From the NCBI GenBank assembly GCA_963693365.1, contig CAVNZM010000012.1, positions 4,578,409 through 4,642,408 on the forward strand: a stretch of DNA of 64,000 bases. The letters run 5' to 3'. This stretch comes from Amoebidium appalachense. Its lineage: Eukaryota; Protista; Ichthyosporea. Shown here in pieces: positions 27,956-64,000 of the stretch (position 1 is the first letter of the stretch; each line of letters starts with the position of its first letter). The notes beneath the pieces were generated by a model. It saw nothing but the letters and a program-made list of their open reading frames with translations. It did no database searches and had not been told where the DNA came from. The position numbers and the translations under genes are program-made.

Positions 27956-28686
27956 AACAAAAAAACAAAAAAACAAAAAAACAAAAAACAAAAACAAACG
28001 ACCCCCCCCCCCCCCCCCCCCCCACCTCACCCCATCCCCCTCTCCCTCGGCTTCTGTGGCTACAGAATAATAATCGACTAATAATGGCATTAGTAAGATT
28101 ATTATAGTAACATTCGACTATGGAACGTTCAGTCTACGAGATATGGTACCAGACCCACAGAAAATGTCCTACGAAAAAATCAAGAAACACACACACACAC
28201 ACAAAAGAAGAACCGTGTACAACATACAAGAAGTGAGCCGGATTAGGCTCAGGTAGTTATTTCACTACAATTTAGATGTCCTGCACTGTGTGTGTGTGTG
28301 GTGGTGGTGGTGGTGGTGGTGGTGGTGGTGGTGGTGGTGGGGGGGGGGGGGGATTCCGGATACGTCATGATACTGTAACACCTATGAATGCGTGTACACG
28401 TATGCAAATTGCTGTGTGCAAGTCCACATTCCAAAATCCTCCAGACGCTCCCTGCACACACAAAACACAACTCCGTCATTTCTTTAGGCGCCATTAAAAC
28501 TTTGTGACTACGACCATTTCTTGAAGGGCCATCTAATATCATTACCACTACGCCACTTATAATCACTGCAAACAATTAAATTACAATCACAACTATTTAT
28601 TGAAAGTCACAGCAACTATTCCTTTACGCTCCATTAAATTTAAACCACAGCAACTATTGCTTTAAGCGCCATTAAAGTCACCGCGA

Positions 28687-37017
<8,331 letters not shown>

Positions 37018-37491
37018 AGCGTAAAGAGGGTGGCAAAGAAAACTAAAAGTAGGGGCTGTAGGATGATAGACATGCATGTAAAGAATTAGTAAGGTTAGAG
37101 TGCAAAGACACACAAAACTCGTAGCATATTACCGGCTTCAAGTTTCGACGGTTACTGATCCGATGGTAAATCCCTAAAAACTCTCCTTTGGCGGGGGGGG
37201 GGGGGGGGGGGGGGGGGGCAAAAAGTTTTTTGTGTAGCTTTTTTAAAGTTTTGTTTTTTAATTTTGTGCATCCTGACCTGACGTAAATTTTGAACATTTT
37301 CCACAAACTTTACCTGTATTTATATGCTATTTTATTTATCAAATAAATCAGATGTGCAGTTTTCTATGTCTGTACGTTACAATATAGTTGGAGTTTCAGT
37401 GGTAGGTACGGTACATACATTGCAATTTGAATATTAGTAGCTCTTTCTTTTGTGACAGTGCCAGACTGCCAGTGCTGTGAAACACAAGAAA

Positions 37492-38350
37492 TTTTTTCTT
37501 TTGACTCGGGTTTATTGATCCGTTGATGAAGGCAACATGCAGCCACAGGCTACATAACCACCAATAGAACTGAAAAAGCCAAAGCTACGAAATAAAAATA
37601 AAGCGACAAGTGACAAAGGACACCAGCGGGCAAAACCTTAAGTGTATGCGTGAAACTAGTTTGCTCCAACTAGTCATATGCATCGATGCTGACCAGACCA
37701 CACTCCGCAAGAAGACATCATTACTGCTCCTTCCCAACAGGCCCCCCTCAAAACCTATCGAGGCACAGCAAGCAAGTCAGCCTCTAAAAGAGAAATGCAG
37801 ACCAAATCTGAGCTAAAGAACAATCCCAACGGGCCCGGCCCCTAGATAACCCGGAGAAACTGCATCTAGCTCTCTGATAAGGTGGCCTAGTTGTGGCAGG
37901 ACACACAGAAAAACACAATTACAGAATGCATGCAAGCAAACCCGGTCATTGCCATACGACTGGAGGCTAAGGACTGGCAGTCACTTGGAAAGCTCCCCGA
38001 CGACCAAGTAGCCGCCCCTCCACTCACGCAGCACAGAAGTAGCTGAAGAAGTTGCAGCAGCCCACCGCCAATAGGTCGCGTAGAAGCGTAGACAGCGTGT
38101 AGAAGTTACCATAAGTTGCAGTGGACCACCAGGCGTTGAAGAAACCACTTCTCAAGCGAGAAACTCCGCGAAAGGGAGATGCCCCCACAATCTCACAGCA
38201 GGAATTCCCCAAACATTTTCAGCGCGCCCCGCTTCTAAAGTTTTAGGAGACTTTACCAGGTGGTGCGTGATGGACCAATTAGGCACAGCGTCCAAGTTGA
38301 CAATCTCGCGTGACATGGCAACAGTGGCAACACACTGGCAACACACTCAT
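37492..38350 (-). mobile_element. Degenerate 3' portion of an A-tailed retroelement (family C)
   Basis: The 3' end (…atgtagcctgtggctgca…gatcaataaacccgagtcaaaagaaaaaa) matches 44439-44566. Upstream coding-like remnants (WSITHHLVKSP). The 5' boundary is uncertain. Confidence 0.5.
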
Positions 38351-39113
38351 GGCAACTTGGCAAGCTGTGCAGGTTGTGAACTGTGATGCATGCACGTTTG
38401 TGTGTGCACGTGTGTGTCGTGATGTATGTGTGTACACGTGTACTGTACGTGTGAGCGCGTGTGCACACCCTAGATGAAATGAAAGCTCAATGTCGCGACG
38501 GCGGTGCTTGCATCATTGGCGTTTCGTGGTGGGCGTACGCGTCACCATGTATATGGCTCGGATCCGGAGCAAACCTTCATGAACTTTATTTTTTTTTTTT
38601 TATTTTTTTTTTATTTTTTTATTTTATCCCGTTTCACTCCCGGCGAGGCACTGCCTCAGGGGAGCTTACCGTCTTCCGCCTAGACACAGAGCGTACTGTA
38701 TAGCACACTCATAAGTCAGGATTCTAATTGACCCCAACTGGCACTATTTTTAGTTACGCCTTATCCCACGGTTCTAGCCGCAGCAACGCTAGTGGGGAAG
38801 TGAGCACAGCTCACTTTAACAACACCAGCCGGGAGCGACCCGGGACACATACACAAACATAAAGACTTGAAAGGGGAAGACCCCATGCCCAGGACGCTGA
38901 CCCGAACCGTGGCCGGTGACTCGGATTGGTCTCCCACTTGAACGTTGGGCTGGGATGCCCAAGCGGCGCGCCGTCGACGTCAGAGGGCCGGTGCTGTTCA
39001 TGACGTCATGTCTTGCGGCCGGATGATAACAAATTGGTGGTGCTGCTTGACGTGGTCTGGGGTGATGGCTTCTAGGGGGCGGCCAAACCGGTGGACCGTC
39101 GAGGCAGAAAAAT

Positions 39114-39187
39114 CGGAAGTAACCAGGATCGATCCTGCGACTTTGAGCTTGACACGCAGAGATCTTACCATTGCACCAACCCGCCCC
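39114..39187 (-). pseudogene. tRNA-like pseudogene or tRNA-derived SINE head (apparent anticodon GTC)
   Basis: A box TGGTGCAATGG, B-box-like GGATCGATCC and a downstream T5. The acceptor and anticodon stems pair poorly. Confidence 0.55.
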
Positions 39188-39408
39188 CCATTCATGAACA
39201 GTGACACGTAATTTAACTTTTAAAAAGGAACCATCAGAAGGCTGTTTCCTGTCTATCAAAATTTTTTTTTCTTTAATTTGCCGTTTATTCGCAAGTTGCT
39301 AATTTGTACCTTTTTCAATCGTGTTGCCGGGGCCATCATGATGATTGAACCCTACAGTCATAGTAGCCCCCCTGATTGTACCCTCCCGGTCCCAGCGGTC
39401 CCCTCGGC

Positions 39409-39445
<37 letters not shown>

Positions 39446-40231
39446 CGCTCCCCCCTCCCCCCGGGGCCCCCCGCCCTGGACCCCCTCCCCTTCCCTCTCC
39501 CCCCCCCCCCCCCCCCCCCCCCCCCCGGCCCCCCGCCCAACCCTCCCCCGGGTGCGCGCGCGCGCGCGTTTTGCCGCGCTCATGCCACAGTGCTACATTG
39601 ACCTCGATAGTTTGCCAAACGGTGTGTGTGTGTGTGTGTGTGTGTGTGCCTGCGCGCGCACCGGTGCACGCGTGCATGTTTGTTTGTCACACAACGTTAC
39701 TATGATGTAGAGCGGGTTATAATAGCGTACTGACTCCTTGCTAAGGCCATGCATGTGTGCGGCATGTGGCCCTCTTCGACAGAGACAGCTGCGCGCGTGT
39801 GTACACCTCCGAGTTACAGCCGTGTGTGTATGTGAACTCCGTGAGTCACACCGGTGTGCATGCATGTGTGTGTACACATGTACATGTGTGTATGTCGGCT
39901 CCGAGTTACGAGCTGCACTGCCAGACGGTATTCAACGATGTGGATGTCGTTTTTGTGTCACCCTCCCCATCGAGTCCTCTCCCTCGTGTGGATGACTTTT
40001 TCGACCTGTGGTTTCGACAGCAAACATTGCCATTGGAAACTCATTCGCTCTACTGAGCTGAAAACCACCGCACGTATGACTAAGACGTTTTGAAACAAAC
40101 GGCGGAGCTTCAGCGTTTCAGCCAAGCCTTTTGCTTCCTTGACCCGTACGTGCGGATCCGCAGCCTGCGTTAACTCTGCCTCCATGGGCAGATCTAGAAT
40201 GGCAGTGGAATGTCTGGAAAAATTTTTTTTA

Positions 40232-41310
40232 ATGACTTTATTGATGTGCTCATAGAAGGTGAAAAGGCGAGATATCGCAGATATCCCGGGATAAGGAAAA
40301 AAAACCGCTCATGAAAAGAAGATATCGGCCAAAAAAATACACGGTGCTTTAGATAACATCGTAACGCATAGTACTATGTACAGCACAACTGATAGGGGTC
40401 ACCTCGGGAAGGATAGGTTCAGAAATAAAGTTGCAAAGAAAGGAGACAGCTGCAAGAACAAAAAAAAAAAAAAGAAAAAAAAAAAGAAGAAATTAGAAAT
40501 TAGAAGACTGGCTTATTTAGATAATCCTGATATTACGTTAATCCAGTCAAAAGAAAAAAATATTACGTCTATTGACTATCTGTTGAACCACGGTATGTTT
40601 AACGAGTTATTATTATTATTATTTATTGATTATTTAAGTCGTTATCTCCTCCGTATCCGAGAGTGAGGGCTTTTGTATTTTCTTCTCCGAGATATCGGTC
40701 ACATCTCGATGGCTTCTATTTTGCTGAGCATATCAATAAAGTCATTATAAAAAAAATGTTTTTGTAAGCCGTTCAAGTGAATGATTGGCCGACGTTATAT
40801 GATCAGGCTACCACCACAGTACGATCATATGTCAGCCGATATCAGTCACTGCCATTGTTGTGTGCGAGTCCCCCGTCAATCCGGATCATGTTTCAGTGTC
40901 ATGGTTTGAAACTTTTTTTTTTTTTTAAAAAAATATATATATATATGAAACTTTGCAACACCTTGAATCATCACAGTGGCACTACGATATACACCAAATA
41001 GCTTCTTGGGTGAACAGCGTATATGCATTAAGGGTGGATTATTCGTCATTTACTTCATTCTCCGACTCCACGGCAGCCATCATAGGTGCACCGGCGAAAT
41101 CTGCAAGGTCGAGGAGGCTCACTGTCACGGCCGGCCCGCGTGTACAGCCCCCGCGGAATCGGCGAATTTTGGCATTTGCAATTTTTTTATTTTTTATTTT
41201 TTATATGACTTTATTGATATGCTCATGAAAGAGAAGCAAGCCGGAGATATCACAGATATCTCAGAGAAGAAAATACAAAAACCCCCACTCACGGATACGG
41301 AGGAGATAAC
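40232..41310. repeat. Three copies of a ~105-bp TIR-like arm: 40232-40311 (+), 40641-40745 (-), 41205-41310 (+). MITE/DNA transposon ends
   Basis: All begin atgactttattgat(a/g)tgctca and share gagatatc…gatatc. 40641-40745 and 41205-41310 are reverse complements. Confidence 0.7.
40493..40625 (+). mobile_element. Short LINE 3' fragment with (TTA)n tail
   Basis: LEIRRLAYLDNPDIT…SIDYLLNH matches the end of ORF 44528-45493. Confidence 0.8.
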
Positions 41311-41993
41311 ATCTCAATTTAGATGTATGGTTGCTTCCGATTGCTTTATGAGCTCGGTTTAGGCTGTGATCCCACAGGGATCAGAGATCGTCGACAACAC
41401 TTACATATAGCTACACACATCACTTTACAGGCTTACCACAACCTCGTCCTCATATCCCTACCAAAACCTCACTCCCTCCCCCCACCACCCGTGCGCAGGG
41501 GGGCATGCGTGTGTGCGTGTACGTGCGTGTATATGTGTGTTTTGTGTGTGTGTGTGTGTGGGTGGGTGTGTGAGTGAACATGTGTACGTGTGTTGTGTGT
41601 GCATGTGTGTGCATGTGTGTGTGTGTGTGCATGTGTGTGTGTGTGTTGTGTTGTGGGGACGTGCGCATAAAGCTCGGAAGCTGTGTATGCAATGCAATGT
41701 TGGGATGCAACCCTAGAGCTCGGGCGGGTGGGTGGGTGAAGTGGGTGCGACGTTGGGAAATGAGCTAACGACTAGTAGGAGTTCGCTCCTTATATACCAA
41801 CGGAGCTCACCCAATGGGCTATCATTGTTAGAAACACTATTTCAACCAATGATTGCCCTAGAATACACTCTAAATAGTGCTTGATGAATCAAGCTAAGTA
41901 TTTAGATGTATGGTTGCTACCTGCGTCCACTGCTGCCTTCATGATCAGACAAGTATTGCGCCGTTACAAGCTTATTAGAGAGCCTTTACACAA

Positions 41994-43253
41994 TCAACTG
42001 CAAACAAGGCCCCGCAGGGCTTCAAAATACAGCACGTCGTCGGCTGTATGTTGGTGGCCGGTGCCGTAGGTGGCCGGCTTCGCGCCAAGCCAGGCGCCGA
42101 GCCAATCAATTTGCTGGTCAGAGACCCCCGCAGCCTTGGCCGCGCCGACCATGCCATGACGGAGGCAGTGGAAGGTGACGGCGTTGGCTAACAGGGGCTC
42201 CACGCCGATAGCGCACAACTCGCGCTGCATCCACTCGGTCTGGTGGTTGACGTTACCGGTGGGGAGGATGCAGTGGGGGGCGCCGGGGGGACGGGGGGTG
42301 TCAGCCACTGCTGCCTGTAGGGCCGGGACACAGATGGTGGGCACCACTCGCGTGCGCACGACGGGGTCACGCAACTTGCCCGCGCCTTGCTTGATTTTCC
42401 GCAGCCGTAGAGTGATGGGGTGGCCTTGTGGGTGCGGGCCTTCAAAAACCACGTCTTCTGCGAGCAGGTCGGTGACCGTGGTCCACCGCAGGCCCCAGAG
42501 GTAGGCCAACAGGAGCACTCCCAGGCGCCGCTGTGTGTCGGCGGTGGTCTGCGGCTGGTGGGTGAGGATGAGGGACACCCATTCGGCATCGAAACACCGC
42601 CGCGGGTCGGCCAGCTTGTCGGGGTTACGCTGCATATGGGTGCGGGTGTACCCCTGGGTGAGGGCGGACATGACCGATGGGGGAGGGTATGGGAGCCCCC
42701 AAAGTTCGTGTACCTTGCGCAGGGCAGAGAGCTTGCCGACCACCGTGCCCGGCGCGTAATTTCGCTCCATCAACTTGGCCACATACGCAGTGGCAACCGT
42801 GCCGGTGAGGGGCCAAGGGGCGAAGGCGGACTCTTGACAAAACTGAAGGTAAAACCGAATTTCCATCTGGTAGCGCTCCCAGGTGGTGGCGGCAAGGGTG
42901 TTGCTCATCAAAACATCCACATTTGCCCGGAGGGTTGGGGGCATAGATTGGACCACAGCCGCACGCCACGCACCAAAGTCGCCGATGGGAGAAACATAAA
43001 CACGCCCCGTCGCCGCGGGTTGTACATCCACAGTGGGAGGGGGCCCCGCAGCCAGTGGGCCCCCCACACCACCTTCTTGACCGGGCAAAATAATCACCCC
43101 TTCAGGGGCACCGGGGGGCGGAGAAGTCGACCTTGGCGGCTCCGCAGGTGCTGGGGAAGGGGCAGGTGCAGAAACTACCGGGACAGTGTCCTCCGCCGCG
43201 GTGGCGAAGTTCAAGGCCCAGAGGGGCATTTTCCGCAGCGACCTAATAAACAA
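41994..43253 (-). CDS. Tyrosine recombinase with N-terminal SAM-like domain (likely start MPLW at ~43229)
   Basis: LAATTWERY…FC…, TVVGKLSALRKVH, and catalytic residues GLR, KIK, HCLRHG, GAW and TY. Confidence 0.9.
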   Translation of the reverse strand: MFIRSLRKMPLWALNFATAAEDTVPVVSAPAPSPAPAEPPRSTSPPPGAPEGVIILPGQEGGVGGPLAAGPPPTVDVQPAATGRVYVSPIGDFGAWRAAVVQSMPPTLRANVDVLMSNTLAATTWERYQMEIRFYLQFCQESAFAPWPLTGTVATAYVAKLMERNYAPGTVVGKLSALRKVHELWGLPYPPPSVMSALTQGYTRTHMQRNPDKLADPRRCFDAEWVSLILTHQPQTTADTQRRLGVLLLAYLWGLRWTTVTDLLAEDVVFEGPHPQGHPITLRLRKIKQGAGKLRDPVVRTRVVPTICVPALQAAVADTPRPPGAPHCILPTGNVNHQTEWMQRELCAIGVEPLLANAVTFHCLRHGMVGAAKAAGVSDQQIDWLGAWLGAKPATYGTGHQHTADDVLYFEALRGLVCS

Positions 43254-43386
43254 CGAATGGAAGAACGTGGAAACTCAATACGGTAGAACAGTGTAACTCA
43301 AAGTAAACCAATTTTTTGGGGAATATTGCTGCGCTATGGTACAGTGCCCAGCGTACGCCGCTGGGAGAAGGAAGGCGAAGGGACCT

Positions 43387-44130
43387 CTACTGGCGCGGAG
43401 CGCCGGTAGAGTGACTGCCACTTGGTGCCGTCCTGTTGGGGTTGGGGTAGCCTCCGCGGCCGCCCTCATGCATGTAGGGGCCCGCGGGCCCGCCCTCGCT
43501 AGCTTGCTTGTTGGCCGATGCGCGAACCAGCTCGGATTCGCGCTCCTTCTGTTTGGCGTGCGCAACAGCCTTGGACCACTTGGTGCCGTACTTGGTGTTG
43601 TACGTCTTCTCAATTTGGGCGCGGGCGACCTCTGCAACTGCGTGACCCTCCGCGCGCCGAATGTACAACAGCTGGAGTCTGTCGCCGCCGTAACTGATGA
43701 GGTCGACGACGAGCTCGCGGAGCAGGGTAAGCTGACGGGCCGCAAAGGCGTCCGCCGACTCGTTGGCTAGCTTGGGTAGTGCAGCAACCAAATTGAGCGC
43801 CTGCACACCCGCGTTGACCAGCCCTATCCACTGTTCAGCCTCCTCCTTGATGGGCTTGGGGAGGTCTCCCCCAGGGAACAATCCATCTGACGACAAGGGC
43901 CGTGGGCCAAATGGGAAACGCCCGTCAACCACAAAATGCTCGACGGCTTGTAGAGATGTGTGCGACTCCACGAACTCGCCGCGGGTGAGTCGTAGCACGT
44001 TTTGCTGCGGGTTCCAAGTTTGCCGAAGGCGCTCACACCGCTGCTCGTCCGACTCCTCCTTGTTGTGGTTATCAGCCGGAAAGAGCCTGCGAACCTCGGT
44101 GCTATACAGGTTGAAGGCAGCGTTCTCCAT
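43387..44130 (-). CDS. ORF1, gag-like (by position) protein of the YR element, 247 aa
   Basis: Intact ATG-started ORF between repeat A and the YR ORF, helical with a G/P/R-rich tail. No diagnostic motif recognised. Confidence 0.6.
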   Translation of the reverse strand: MENAAFNLYSTEVRRLFPADNHNKEESDEQRCERLRQTWNPQQNVLRLTRGEFVESHTSLQAVEHFVVDGRFPFGPRPLSSDGLFPGGDLPKPIKEEAEQWIGLVNAGVQALNLVAALPKLANESADAFAARQLTLLRELVVDLISYGGDRLQLLYIRRAEGHAVAEVARAQIEKTYNTKYGTKWSKAVAHAKQKERESELVRASANKQASEGGPAGPYMHEGGRGGYPNPNRTAPSGSHSTGAPRQ

Positions 44131-44438
44131 GCTAGGCGAGGAATTAGGGTGACAAGTTCTGCCACCTAACCGTAGCTTACTTAGATCTAAGTGTGCGAAG
44201 GGGACTGCAACCTAAACCGAGCTCTCGCCAAAAACGTCGCATGAAGTGGGTGCGACGTTGGGAAATGAGCTAACGACTAGTAGGAGTTCGCTCCTTATAT
44301 ACCAACGGAGCTCACCCAATGGGCTATCATTGTTAGAAACACTATTTCAACCAATGATTGCCCTAGAATACACTCTAAATAGTGCTTGATGAATCAAGCT
44401 AAGTAATAATCATACACCCTAGAAAACTCGTTAAACAT

Positions 44439-44566
44439 TTCATTGCTGTGGCTCTTTCGAAGTCGGTTATTTTGGTGGTCATGTAGCCTGTGGCTGCACG
44501 TTGCCTTCATATCCACTGGACCACTGATCAATAAATCCCAGTCAAGAGAAAAAAAAAAAAAAAAAA
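44439..44566 (+). mobile_element. 5'-truncated poly(A)-tailed insertion (family C) with AAACAT TSD
   Basis: AATAAA plus an A-tail. AAACAT at 44433-44438 and 44567-44572. It interrupts the LINE sequence …cgtatg|tttaacgagtt that is contiguous at ~40592-40607. Confidence 0.8.
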
Positions 44567-44572
44567 AAACAT

Positions 44573-45493
44573 ACGGTGGTTTAACAGATAGTCAATAGAA
44601 GTAATATCAGGATTATCTAAATAAGCTAGTCTTCGAATTTCTAACGGAAGAATCTGAGATAAATAAATACATTTATCTAGATGTTTGCGAGAAGAAGGTT
44701 CTGCACAAAAGTGACACAAACATTCATGGAAACTAAGGTTACAACGCCAAAATAAACATTTCCAAGCAATATCACACGAAGGGGTTAGAATGGCAAAATC
44801 GGCAAGTGTGGCAGGGTTACAATTACGAGAGGAAGGATGAATATAAGTAGCTAATTTACATAACGATTGTAGAGAAAATAGACGAGTCTCTAATATAAAA
44901 AGAAGCACAGGCTCAAGAGTCCTACCATGATACTCTTTATCACAACGATGAAGCAAAGGATATTGAGTATGAAACCAAGTAACATACTGCTGATAAATAG
45001 GGGAAGAGAAAAATAAAGGAGACAAATATTTAAAAGGATATCTCTGATTGGGAGATAGAATGGGTACAGGACATTTCGCACGAACATTAGAAATGGGAAC
45101 AGGGTCTAAAGAAGGAAAGAATTGCAACAAAGGATGATAAGAAGGAAGCCTAACCAAATGAAAACAAAAGCGAAGGCCTAACTCATTCATACGCTGACTC
45201 GTCGGAGGGAGACCAAAAACACTCAGCAAAGGAGCCGCCAGAGGATGCCTACGCGAGGTCCGAAAGATGAACTGGATGAATTCACGCTGGTGCGGAAAGG
45301 AATCGAATTCCCGAAGCGCCGCGCGCTGTTGCCGTGGAGGGGCACACAAGAGTAACGGGAGGCCATATTCGAAACATGGACGAAGAAAAACTTTATAAAG
45401 AGTGAGCAGATTAGCAGGATGGACATTAGAAATACTTGCGAAAATGCCTTGATAGATGTGTAAACGACCACGCGCACGGGAAAAGACCCCCAA
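44573..45493 (-). mobile_element. 5'-truncated LINE ORF2 fragment (post-RT and C-terminal Cys/His region)
   Basis: LYKVFLRPCFEYGLPLL is similar to FIRTFVFPACEYGLPLL of the 11851-13673 LINE. CLCHFC…RKHLDKC…IDYLLN. Confidence 0.8.
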
Positions 45494-45619
45494 AATCGAT
45501 TTCTCCGTCTGGTATGTTTCTTTTTCTTTTGACTCGATTTATTCGACGGAAAGATATGCAAGTATGCACGGCATACTGACTGAGAGGACAATAAAAACTT
45601 CACGAATTAATTCGGAGTT

Positions 45620-45870
45620 ATCCAGTAACAAGTGCATACTGAGATACCTGAACACTGTGTGAAAATCATATAAATACTCAATGTGACGACCAACAGAATT
45701 CAACAAAAAGTCTAAAGTGTTCACATTGCCAGTCAGTGTAGCAGACACCCGCAGGGAAAGAGGTAAAACGCGACATAAAAACTCACACCTATCAACATGC
45801 TTTCGATTAAAAAGTTCAGCACATGCTTTCGAAAAAAAGTTCAGCACTTTCGATTAAAAAGTTCAGCAGG
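45620..45870 (-). mobile_element. Second short LINE C-terminal fragment
   Basis: FNRKHVDRC…NTLDFLLN resembles the C-termini of the other two LINEs. Confidence 0.55.
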
Positions 45871-46486
45871 TATGTTGAAGATGAGTAGTTTGAAACTATG
45901 ACCATCGCAACCGAGTACAACATAATGTGCTGGGAATTAACAGAAACGTACGAGTATTTTTTCCCCTTAAGACTCTATTTTCTGTGATCTAGTATAACGT
46001 GCATTCGTTGAAGGAAAATGAAGAAATGAAGTTTTCAGGGACGGATTTTTTTTTTTGAACGCGGGAAATCTGAAATTTCAAATGGGAGTCTAGAGTGGCC
46101 ACTCACTCCGTCTTTTTTATCACATGCATTCGGCCCTTTTCACACGGTGCGTGTATGAAGTTGACAGTACATACGGTCAGTCACTGGTGAAGTCACACGA
46201 TAGGCTAGAGTGCACGTGTTTTTCACGTCTTTAGCGTTAGAGTGTAAAAGAGGGTGGACAGTGACTAAGCAACCTAACTCAGCTAGTTGATCATCCCACG
46301 GTGCCAGCGCTGGCTTCGGTCGACAGCATCTCATCTTTTCCAATTGTCAGCTGCACAGGCTCGACACACGCACAGATTCACCTCCAAGCTCATTAACATT
46401 GATGCACGTTTGTAGAAACACATGGGATTCGGTTCGACAGCCACCTGCCCGCACTTGGCGTCACTATAGATTTGTTCTAGAGCATT

Positions 46487-63784
<17,298 letters not shown>

Positions 63785-63789
63785 GTAAG

Positions 63790-63825
<36 letters not shown>

Positions 63826-63937
63826 AGTCCCCTGAGAATGGGCTCTGCTTAGCATCCGTACTACTTATGTATACTTTGCAATTTGCATGGTGTTGTCCGT
63901 TATGAATGTGTACTTGTAAATCTGTAACACATTCTAA
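63826..63937 (+). mobile_element. Poly(C)-flanked repeat family A, diverged truncated copy
   Basis: cctgagaatgggctctgctta…gtgtactt…cattcta between two C-tracts. Confidence 0.7.
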
Positions 63938-64000
63938 CCCCCCACCCCTCCCCCCTCCCCCCAACCCCTCTTCTCCCCTCTTCACACTCCTATTCGTTGA

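Larger units (their letters stand above)
41317..44405 (-). mobile_element. Tyrosine-recombinase (DIRS order, Ngaro/PAT-like) element with split direct repeats, lacking RT/RNase H
   Basis: 164-bp identical repeats A at 41737-41900 and 44242-44405. 19-bp repeat B (atttagatgtatggttgct) at 41317-41335 and 41900-41918. On the - strand the order is A-ORFs-B-A-B. Confidence 0.82.

Noticed and set aside
39114-39187. Functional tRNA-Asp
   Set aside because: The acceptor and anticodon stems do not pair properly and the T-loop is one base short.
39958-40185. 75-aa minus-strand ORF with plausible composition
   Set aside because: No recognisable motif or splice partners, so it cannot be supported as a gene.
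41737-44405. Crypton or LTR element defined by the 164-bp repeats alone
   Set aside because: The additional B repeat and internal circle junction fit DIRS-order split repeats better. No TG…CA ends or TSD.

Overview
Eukaryotic, intron-rich genomic DNA; the gene content suggests a unicellular opisthokont, but the taxon cannot be fixed from sequence. It is saturated with poly-C/poly-G tracts and (CA)/(GT)/(CT) microsatellites, so most ORF-track entries are spurious. Three host genes can be spliced by hand: PLAA/Doa1 (14280-25861, +, 11 exons, ~809 aa), a Tubby-domain protein (28687-37017, -, 9 exons, ~290 aa), and a large secreted Cys-rich/cEGF/PA14-like protein (46487 to beyond the window end, +). 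The rest is a nest of mobile elements. (1) An APE-RT LINE ORF2 is split in-frame by an ~11 kb element encoding a spliced Dada-type DDE transposase with an embedded DEDDy 3'-5' exonuclease. This element is unusually bounded by identical ~102-bp direct terminal repeats and carries a TTAGTG target-motif array. (2) A ~3.1 kb tyrosine-recombinase element has Ngaro/PAT-type split direct repeats but no RT. (3) A 5'-truncated, structured repeat family sits in poly(C) tracts. (4) There is also a 39-bp MITE, LINE 3' fragments with nested poly(A) inserts, and a tRNA-like pseudogene. All exon models are manual predictions, and no database searches were run.
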